A model generated the notes under the pieces. The model searched no databases and was not told the DNA's origin. It saw nothing but the letters and a program-made list of their open reading frames with translations. A stretch of 32,000 bases of DNA, from contig JAGAMK010000032.1 of assembly GCA_017624735.1 (NCBI GenBank), forward strand, positions 8,719-40,718, in the 5' to 3' direction. A program made the translations under genes and the position numbers. Shown here one piece after another: positions 9,062-14,560 of the stretch. This DNA is from Clostridia bacterium (lineage in GTDB: Bacteria; Bacillota; Clostridia; Oscillospirales; Acutalibacteraceae). Each line of letters opens with the position of its first letter. The stretch's first letter is position 1.

Positions 9062-9105
9062 AAAAACACCACTGAATTTTAAAGAGTTCAGTGGTGTTTT
9101 TGTTT
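9062..9105 (+). terminator. Rho-independent terminator after the paralog pair
   Basis: Hairpin aaaaacaccactgaa-ttttaaagag-ttcagtggtgttttt followed by a T-run. Confidence 0.85.
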
Positions 9106-9122
9106 GCGTTCGACCGTCCTTT

Positions 9123-9151
9123 TTGGACTTTATTAAAAAAAATTGTTATAA
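9123..9151 (+). promoter_or_regulatory. Strong sigma-A-type promoter of the TAG-containing operon
   Basis: TTGGAC (9123-9128), a 17-nt spacer ending in TGt, then TATAAT (9146-9151). Confidence 0.65.
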
Positions 9152-9221
9152 TATATTATAAGGTCGGACAATGTCTGATACTTTATTTACAAGAAATTTT
9201 ATATATTAAAGGAGTAGAAAA

Positions 9222-9407
9222 ATGTATAGTAAAAAAACTAAAAAAATTGATGTTCGCCTAACTGCAAAAGAGAAAGAGGAAATCCAATAGTAGGCAAAAA
9301 AGTATCACATGAACACAAGTCAATACATTAGGTTTATATGTGAAATGTGGAGGATTTGCGAAAATGGGCATAATCAATCAAGCACCAATATTGAAGTCGA
9401 AGGGTGA
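9222..9407 (+). CDS. Ribbon-helix-helix (CopG/MobC-like) protein. Complete only if the tandem in-frame TAG-TAG (9288-9293) is read through; otherwise a pseudogene.
   Basis: AAAGGAG lies 7 nt before ATG 9222. The conceptual product is MYSKKTKKIDVRLTAKEKEEIQ-XX-AKKYHMNTSQYIRFICEMWRICENGHNQSSTNIEVEG. The R-L-T-x-x-E-K...A-x-x-x-x-M-x-x-S-x-YIR pattern typical of RHH proteins spans the TAG pair. Confidence 0.6.
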
Positions 9408-9915
9408 AAAAAACAGAGATAAAAAATGGGGTATGGCAATAAGAACACATGAACTTGAAACAATACTTTTTAATGGTCTGACAGGAAAACAAGGTGCATA
9501 GTTAAAACTGATGTTATTTTTGACAGGAAATGCAGACAACGGAAGTTTTGCAATCGCAGAGGCAACAGTTATGAGCCGTTGTGGAATGTCAGAAACAACA
9601 TACAAGAGTGCAAGAAAATCATTGGTAGAAAAAGGTTGGATAATCCACAAACCAAGTGTAAACGGTCAACAGGGTGAAATCATTGTGGATTATGATACAA
9701 TTTATAAAAGTGCAGAGAGGGATGTTGATAATACCCCTTCCCCTGACATTGAAAATACCCCTTCAAATTCTGATTGTTCCTCGGCAGGGGTTATTGAATA
9801 TACACATAATAATAAAGTTGAAAAAACAAATAATAATATTATAAAATCAAATATTATAAACAAACCAAAAGTAAATGATGAGTTCAGTGATGAGAAAGAA
9901 AACTTCATATTTTAA
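9364..9915 (+). CDS. Putative replication-initiator/replisome-organizer-like winged-helix protein. Requires read-through of the in-frame TAG at 9499-9501; otherwise a pseudogene.
   Basis: GGAGGA lies 9 nt before ATG 9364. The product is ...WGMAIRTHELETILFNGLTGKQGA-X-LKLMLFLTGNADNGSFAIAEATVMSRCGMSETTYKSARKSLVEKGWIIHK..., so the wHTH-like segment straddles the TAG. The ATG at 9511 used by the track has no SD. Confidence 0.55.
9726..9764 (+). repeat. Two 15-bp direct repeats (iteron-like) inside the Rep-like gene linker
   Basis: tgataataccccttc (9726-9740) and tgaaaataccccttc (9750-9764). Related ATACCCC(T) motifs occur at 10749, 10897 and 11009. Confidence 0.5.
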
Positions 9916-9932
9916 GAAAAAGGAGAATTCAA

Positions 9933-10367
9933 ATGAGTAAATATGCAGACTATATTTACAACAAATATTTAGAATAGGAATGGTCAAAAGAATTTGACTG
10001 TGCAGGGGTCTATTCAATAACCGTCAACAATAAAATTGTATATGTTGGTAAAAGTAAAAATATACTCTACAGAATGGCAGAACATTGGATTTCAATGGCA
10101 AATCCAAAAGAAAACAAATACAAAGTATTATCAGAGGCAAGAAGTAGAAAATATAAAATTCGATTTAATATTTTACATACTGCATCAAGTCGCACAATGG
10201 ATGAAATTGACGAGGAAATAGGAGAAAGAGAGGGTTATTTTATTCGTCTCTACACTCCCCCTCTTAATTATCAAATTCCAAAAGAGGAAAATTGGAGAAA
10301 ATTTAAAATTAACAGGGGTGCATTGAATATATCCCTTGATTAGATTTTGGAAGGAGAAATTATATGA
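9933..10367 (+). CDS. GIY-YIG nuclease-domain protein. Has an in-frame TAG at 9975-9977 and a second TAG at 10341-10343, followed 7 codons later by a TGA that overlaps the next ATG.
   Basis: AGGAG lies 7 nt before ATG 9933. The product is MSKYADYIYNKYLE-X-EWSKEFDCAGVYSITVNNKIVYVGKSKNILYRMAEH...EREGYFIRLYTPPLNYQ (GIY...YVG...R...E...N pattern). The GVY motif lies upstream of the track start at 10074, and that start has no SD. Confidence 0.6.
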
Positions 10368-10552
10368 ATAAAGAAATGTTAGAAACATTACGAGACTTAG
10401 GAAAAGTCCCTGACTTATTCTATTATCAACTCAATGGAAAGTCGGCAAATGAAAATTTTAGAGAATAGAGAAATAATTTTCTTGAATTATTAGAAAATTC
10501 TGATGAACCTGAAACCATAAAAATCATCACGGAAAGTAAGGTGAAAGAATAA
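10364..10552 (+). CDS. Small hypothetical protein (62 codons) with an in-frame TAG at 10466-10468
   Basis: GGAAGGAG SD lies before ATG 10364. The frame continues after the TAG to TAA 10550-10552, which abuts the next ATG (10553), itself preceded by AAGGTGAAAG. Confidence 0.45.
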
Positions 10553-10699
10553 TGGCAAACATAAAAGAAAGAAACAAGAAAAAACAAAAAAAGAAGAAAA
10601 ACATACTCGAGTCAGAAATTCTTGCAATTTTGCAAAAAAGTTTAAAAACTGCACTCGATATGGCACTTGATGAATTATTAAAAGACTTCAAGTAATACA
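10553..10699 (+). CDS. Small basic/helical hypothetical protein (48 aa)
   Basis: MANIKERNKKKQKKKKNILESEILAILQKSLKTALDMALDELLKDFK. An SD is present and a terminator follows. Confidence 0.4.
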
Positions 10700-10700
10700 A

Positions 10701-10743
10701 ACGGCAAACCAAGAGAAACAATCTCAAGGTTTGCCGTATTTTG
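10701..10743 (+). terminator. Rho-independent terminator ending the TAG-containing operon
   Basis: Hairpin acggcaaacc...ggtttgccgt followed by atttt. Confidence 0.6.
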
Positions 10744-11008
10744 CGTTTATACCCCTTTTGGCTCGTTTGACGAGTAAAACATCATTCTATCCTTTACAGT
10801 CATAAAAACCGTAATTCAGAATGAAATACACACTTAGACGGAGAATGAGCCACGCACAATTACAAATTGAGTGGCACAAAATTTTTATCCTGAAATATAC
10901 CCCCTACTTACCTGTTCATAAAAACAAATGATTTCATGAACATTATTAGGTGACAAATAATGTAGTAAATTTAACCGTCAAAACACAGGATTTTGTTCAC
11001 GAAATAAC

Positions 11009-11236
11009 TTACCCCTTTTCATGAACATCAGAGTCTTTTACATACTCCATAAGGTCGGCAGGTTGACAATCAAACTTTTCACAAAGTCGAGAAAGGGTTT
11101 TGCGGTCTAATCCACCTGTTCCGTTCTTTAATGCAGTCAATGTTCCCTGCCCTATCAATTTGTCTTGACGGATTTTGTATGTTGTATAACCATTATCCTT
11201 CAAAAGTTTGAATAGTTTATCATATATTATTGGCAT
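11009..11236 (-). CDS. XRE/Cro-CI family helix-turn-helix regulator (75 aa)
   Basis: AAGGAGGC SD lies before the ATG at 11236. The product is MPIIYDKLFKLLKDNGYTTYKIRQDKLIGQGTLTALKNGTGGLDRKTLSRLCEKFDCQPADLMEYVKD. The track ORF has an unsupported N-terminal extension to 11320. Confidence 0.7.
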   Translation of the reverse strand: MPIIYDKLFKLLKDNGYTTYKIRQDKLIGQGTLTALKNGTGGLDRKTLSRLCEKFDCQPADLMEYVKDSDVHEKG

Positions 11237-11264
11237 ATAAAAAGCCTCCTTTTCCATTGTCCAT

Positions 11265-11371
11265 ATTATATCAAAGAATATGCACAAAGTCAAGTGTATA
11301 AAATAAACAAGTATATGCACCTAACTTTGTGCATATTGCCGATTGACTATACACTTAACTTAGTGTATAAT
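11265..11371. promoter_or_regulatory. Divergent promoter/operator switch region
   Basis: The leftward promoter on the minus strand is TTGACT (11293-11288), 17 nt, TATAAT (11270-11265). The rightward promoter is TTGACT (11343-11348), 17 nt, TATAAT (11366-11371). A 14-bp perfect inverted repeat is present: aatatgcacaaagt (11277-11290) and actttgtgcatatt (11325-11338). The palindrome tatacact-taactt-agtgtata (11348-11369) overlaps the rightward -10. Confidence 0.65.
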
Positions 11372-11408
11372 TAAGACATCAAATAAAACAACAAAGGAGA
11401 CAACAATT

Positions 11409-11684
11409 ATGTCAAACAACGAAATCATCAAAAATATTGAGGCACTCACAGAATGGGAAACAATCATTGAGGATGCAAAGGCAGAAGCCGAAGCAATCAG
11501 AGATATGCTAAAGGCAGAAATGCTCGAACAGAACATTGAAGAACTTGAGGCAGGAACATACATCATCCGTTGGACATCAGTTCTTACAAATAGATTTGAT
11601 ACAACGGCATTTAAGAAATCTCATGGTGATATGTATAAAGAGTTCACAAAGCAAGTTAGTAGTCGTCGTTTCTCAATTTCATAA
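11409..11684 (+). CDS. Hypothetical 91-aa protein (helical, acidic N-terminus), first gene of the rightward operon
   Basis: AAAGGAG SD lies before the ATG. It is an uninterrupted ORF ending in TAA. Confidence 0.55.
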   Translation: MSNNEIIKNIEALTEWETIIEDAKAEAEAIRDMLKAEMLEQNIEELEAGTYIIRWTSVLTNRFDTTAFKKSHGDMYKEFTKQVSSRRFSIS

Positions 11685-11736
11685 AACAATAAAACTGCCC
11701 CATAGTCTGACTGTGGGGCAGAGAAAGGATATAACA

Positions 11737-12342
11737 ATGAATTATGGATACGCAAGGTGTTCCACTAACGAGACTAAACAAGACATTCAGAGGCAAGTCA
11801 AGGAACTCAAAAACGCAGGGGCAAAAGAAATATTCCTTGAATACGAACATGGTGACAGTGCAATAAAACAAGAACTTTCATTCCTTTTGGAACAGGCTCG
11901 TGAGGGTGATACAATTTACACTCTTGAAGTCTCGAGACTTGCACGAAGTACAAAACAACTTTGTGAGATTATAGAAACAGTCAAAGACAAAAAACTTAGA
12001 CTTGTTATTGTTGGAAGTATCACGGTTGATTGTTCTAACGGTCAGATTGACCCAATGACAAACGCGTTCATTCAAATGTCTGGAGTGTTTGCGGAACTCG
12101 AACTCCGTATTATCAGGGCAAGAGTGCGTTCAGGCGTTGCAAATGCGAAGGCAAAAGGGATTAAAGTCGGGCGACCGCAAACAACAACAGACCAAATCCC
12201 ACCAATATTCTTCAGACATTATCCTGCGTTCAAATCTGGCAGTCTGAATCTTTCAGAATTTGCTCGCGTCTGCGGTCTGAGTAGAAACACAGTTTATAAA
12301 TATCTTTCTCTTTTGGAGACACAAAAACAGGGAACGAAATAA
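11737..12342 (+). CDS. Small serine recombinase (resolvase/invertase family, ~201 aa)
   Basis: The product from ATG 11737 is MNYGYARCSTNETKQDIQRQVKELKNAGAKEIF... (Y-A-R-x-S catalytic serine motif). It also has LEVSRLARS and a C-terminal HTH (LSEFARVCGLSRNTVYKYL). The track ORF start at 11536 overlaps the previous gene and is rejected. Confidence 0.85.
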   Translation: MNYGYARCSTNETKQDIQRQVKELKNAGAKEIFLEYEHGDSAIKQELSFLLEQAREGDTIYTLEVSRLARSTKQLCEIIETVKDKKLRLVIVGSITVDCSNGQIDPMTNAFIQMSGVFAELELRIIRARVRSGVANAKAKGIKVGRPQTTTDQIPPIFFRHYPAFKSGSLNLSEFARVCGLSRNTVYKYLSLLETQKQGTK

Positions 12343-12362
12343 TCCGTTCCCTGTTATAATTT
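12321..12362. terminator. Bidirectional terminator between convergent genes
   Basis: aacagggaacg (12326-12336) pairs with cgttccctgtt (12345-12355). T-runs are present on both strands. Confidence 0.75.
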
Positions 12363-13193
12363 TTATAACCCTAATAATTCTTTTTTCTTTGCATCAAATT
12401 CTTCTTGTGTGATTGCACCCATATCAAGAAGTTCTTTGAATTTTTTAAGTTCATCCGCAATAGAAACGGCAGGCTGTGAAGTCGCCACAGTCTGTGTTTT
12501 AATAGCCTCAAATTCTTCATCGGAAATTATAGCAAGGTTTGTTGAGTTACACTGAGGGCAACGATTGAAATCAACAATTTTATTCAGACTGTTCTGTGCG
12601 TTTGTCTGATTAACAGCACTTGCAGTATACGCACCGCCTAAACCACCTGCAATTTGTCCAATGCTTGACCACATAGCACTTTTGGCATTACTTATGTTTT
12701 TCTTAATATCAGCCTGATTATAGCAAAAGATATGTCCGCAAACATTACAACGTTTTCTTATTTCCTTATTAGGGTCTGGTTTTTCCACTTTAACTTTTTC
12801 AATATCATATTCACCTGCATAAGTTTTTTCAGGAACATTAAAGCCATTTTTCTTTTTAATTTCTACATTTCCTAAATGTTTTTGAAGTCTGTTGGCAAGT
12901 GATTCAATAATATGATACTTATCTTTTGACGGTGAATTTAAAATAAATGTGTAAACACCTTGTCTATTGATATATCGAGTACCTTTAATAATAAATCCAA
13001 TTTGTCCTACTGTAAGAAGTCCAGGCTTTAACAATTCTATACCTGTAATATCAGAGAATGGCACTTCAATAATAGTATCAACACCAACACTGTTAGTAAA
13101 CAAACCTTTTACCGTTGACCTGAAACAATTCTCATCGAAATCAAATTCATACTTTTGCATACCATTGTTAATCGTCACTAAATTTTCACTCAT
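12363..13193 (-). CDS. PH-like (bacterial PH/DUF4429-type) / split zinc-ribbon / SHOCT-domain protein
   Basis: GGAGGA lies 9 nt before the ATG at 13193 (MSENLVTINNG...). Motifs include LLTVGQIGFIIKG and CNVCG...CPQC. The C-terminal ELKKFKELLDMGAITQEEFDAKKKELLGL matches the SHOCT pattern. Confidence 0.65.
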   Translation of the reverse strand: MSENLVTINNGMQKYEFDFDENCFRSTVKGLFTNSVGVDTIIEVPFSDITGIELLKPGLLTVGQIGFIIKGTRYINRQGVYTFILNSPSKDKYHIIESLANRLQKHLGNVEIKKKNGFNVPEKTYAGEYDIEKVKVEKPDPNKEIRKRCNVCGHIFCYNQADIKKNISNAKSAMWSSIGQIAGGLGGAYTASAVNQTNAQNSLNKIVDFNRCPQCNSTNLAIISDEEFEAIKTQTVATSQPAVSIADELKKFKELLDMGAITQEEFDAKKKELLGL

Positions 13194-13208
13194 TTTTTTC
13201 ATTCCTCC

Positions 13209-13249
13209 AAAATAAAAAAGTGTGTGCAAACCGAAGTTATGCACACACG
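13209..13249 (-). terminator. Intrinsic-terminator-like hairpin inside the 5' leader, ending directly at the SD of the SHOCT gene (possible attenuator)
   Basis: On the minus strand: gtgtgtgca-taacttcggtt-tgcacacac, followed by ttttttatttt and then GGAGGA. Confidence 0.5.
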
Positions 13250-13272
13250 AAAAACACAAACTCCGTTTTGCT

Positions 13273-13388
13273 ACCACACAAAAATTTCATTCTAACAAAA
13301 GGAATATGAAATCAAGAAGTCTGTGTTTTTACCGAGATATAAACACTTACTCCTTCTGTTAGAACAATATAGAATTTTTGTGTGGTGT
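13273..13388. repeat. Long imperfect inverted repeat (~116 bp overall, with 14-bp perfect outer arms)
   Basis: accacacaaaaatt (13273-13286) pairs with aatttttgtgtggt (13375-13388). Inner arm segments ttctaaca and aagga also pair. Confidence 0.7.
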
Positions 13389-13392
13389 TTTT

Positions 13393-13471
13393 ATTATAAC
13401 AAATAAAAAAACACTATTCAAGTATTTTTATAAAAATCCGCCTTCACTCTTTTGGTTTTATGTGCTATAAT
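13393..13471. promoter_or_regulatory. Back-to-back divergent promoters for the SHOCT gene (minus strand) and the WYL regulator (plus strand)
   Basis: Minus strand: TTGAAT (13421-13416), 17 nt, TATAAT (13398-13393). Plus strand: TTCACT (13443-13448), 17 nt ending in TGc, TATAAT (13466-13471). Confidence 0.55.
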
Positions 13472-13500
13472 CAAGCCAATAGACACAAGAAGGTGAAATC

Positions 13501-14520
13501 ATGTCCAAAAGACAAAATCAAAAACTAAAAACATTATATGTTGCACAATACTTTCTTGAAAACTCTGATGAAAATCATTCTGTTAATGCAAGTGATATTA
13601 GAGACTACCTAATGGATGAGCATAAAATTATATGTGAACGCCGTTCCATTTACAGTGATATTTCTGCTCTGCGTGATGAGTTCGGCATGGATATTGAGTC
13701 TGTTAAGGGTGGTAAATACAGGCTTTTATCAAGACAATTTAACTTTGAAGATTTACGGCTTTTGGCTCAGTGCGTTTATGCCACCAAATTTATTTCTGAA
13801 AACCGAGCACACAAACTTGTTGAAACCATAGGTGAATTTTGTAGTATATATCAAAGAGAAGAACTTGAGGCAGAAGTTTTTCTTTGCGACCGTGTTAAAA
13901 CAACAGAAAACAACCTTTTATTTCCTCTAAGTGAAATCAATTATGCTATGTCAACAAGGTATGAAGGCAAACCAAGAAAACCATCAAAAATAACATTTAA
14001 ATACACAAAATACACCATTGACGATATACATTCTCAAGTAGAATGTCGCAAAGGTTCAAAATACAAAGTAAGCCCCTACAAACTAATAATCAATGAGGGA
14101 AACTATTATTTATTAGCCTATGATGACCGATATAAAGATATGAGAACTTTTCGTGTTGACCGTATGCAAGAAGTAAAAGCAACCGAAGAACCAAGAGAAG
14201 GAAATGAAATCTTTGACGGTGTTGACCTCAGAACATACACAAAAAGAGTTTTCTCTATGTTCAGTGGTGAAAACAAGCGTGTTAGTATGAGATTTAATAA
14301 TTCACTTATTAGTGCAGTAATCGAAAGATTTGGTAATAAATCTGATGTTACTTACAGACCTGACGGCAAAAGCAATTTCATAGTAATTGCTGATGTGGAA
14401 ATCAGTGACCAATTTTACGCATGGATGTGTGGTTTTCGCAAGAGAGCAAGTATTGTTCATCCCCCTGAAGTTGTTGAAGGAATGAAAAATTTCTTAAAAG
14501 ATATTGAAAGTAAATATTAA
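13501..14520 (+). CDS. WYL-domain transcriptional regulator (N-terminal wHTH plus WYL plus C-terminal WCX-like region)
   Basis: AAGGTGAAA SD is present. The HTH-like N-terminus is ASDIRDYLMDEHKIICERRSIYSDISALRDEFG. The WYL region is SPYKLIINEGNYYLLAYDDRYKDMRTFRVDRM. Confidence 0.8.
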   Translation: MSKRQNQKLKTLYVAQYFLENSDENHSVNASDIRDYLMDEHKIICERRSIYSDISALRDEFGMDIESVKGGKYRLLSRQFNFEDLRLLAQCVYATKFISENRAHKLVETIGEFCSIYQREELEAEVFLCDRVKTTENNLLFPLSEINYAMSTRYEGKPRKPSKITFKYTKYTIDDIHSQVECRKGSKYKVSPYKLIINEGNYYLLAYDDRYKDMRTFRVDRMQEVKATEEPREGNEIFDGVDLRTYTKRVFSMFSGENKRVSMRFNNSLISAVIERFGNKSDVTYRPDGKSNFIVIADVEISDQFYAWMCGFRKRASIVHPPEVVEGMKNFLKDIESKY

Positions 14521-14526
14521 AAAATG

Positions 14527-14560
14527 GCAGGAAGCAAATTAAAACTTCCTGCTATTTTTT
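14527..14560. terminator. Terminator between the convergent WYL and integrase genes
   Basis: Hairpin gcaggaag-caaattaaaa-cttcctgc followed by tatttttt. Confidence 0.7.

Noticed and set aside
9045-9161. 38-codon ORF (MKLNKIKTPLNFKEFSGVFVCVRPSFLDFIKKNCYNIL) with an AAGGAAG SD-like sequence.
   Set aside because: It is read straight through the strong terminator hairpin (9062-9105) and the next promoter. It is more likely fortuitous, though it cannot be excluded as a micro-protein.
9378-9908. Minus-strand ORFs 9378..9650 and 9702..9908.
   Set aside because: They are antisense to the Rep-like gene and have no SD.
10036-10221. 61-aa plus-strand ORF in an alternative frame.
   Set aside because: It lies inside the GIY-YIG gene in another frame, and the GIY-YIG frame carries the recognisable motifs.
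9288-10468. The in-frame TAGs might simply be nonsense mutations in a decaying, dead element.
   Set aside because: This is not fully excluded but seems less likely. All six interruptions are TAG, with no TAA or TGA and no frameshift in about 1.3 kb. One is a TAG-TAG pair. Protein-like sequence, SD sites, ATGA/abutting gene junctions, the promoter and the terminator are all intact. No gene of the element needs TAG as its terminator. Comparative data are needed to settle the question.
9288-10468. The TAGs might encode pyrrolysine.
   Set aside because: The window contains no pylT/pylS/pylBCD genes and no methylamine methyltransferase context. The affected genes are mobile-element genes, not Pyl-type enzymes. 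This cannot be excluded genome-wide from the window alone.
10185-10727. Minus-strand ORFs 10185..10388 and 10527..10727.
   Set aside because: They are antisense to the plus-strand operon. The second is driven by the poly-A/poly-K tract of the 48-aa gene.
10821-10931. 36-aa ORF (MKYTLRRRMSHAQLQIEWHK...) in the non-coding stretch.
   Set aside because: It has no SD and no recognisable features. The interval is treated as non-coding.
11536-11736. N-terminal extension of the serine recombinase ORF in the track.
   Set aside because: The extension overlaps the 91-aa gene in another frame. The canonical resolvase N-terminus (MNYGYARCST) begins at ATG 11737, preceded by an AAAGGA SD.
11360-12075. 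Minus-strand ORFs 11360..11566, 11656..11871 and 11878..12075.
   Set aside because: They are antisense to orf91 and the recombinase gene, with no support.
13194-13277. N-terminal extension of the SHOCT-protein ORF (MVAKRSLCFSCVHNFGLHTLFYFGG...).
   Set aside because: The extension is translated through the leader terminator hairpin. GGAGGA-N9-ATG at 13193 is a far better start.
12967-13831. Plus-strand ORFs 12967..13215 and 13616..13831.
   Set aside because: The first is antisense to the SHOCT gene. The second is an alternative frame within the WYL gene.
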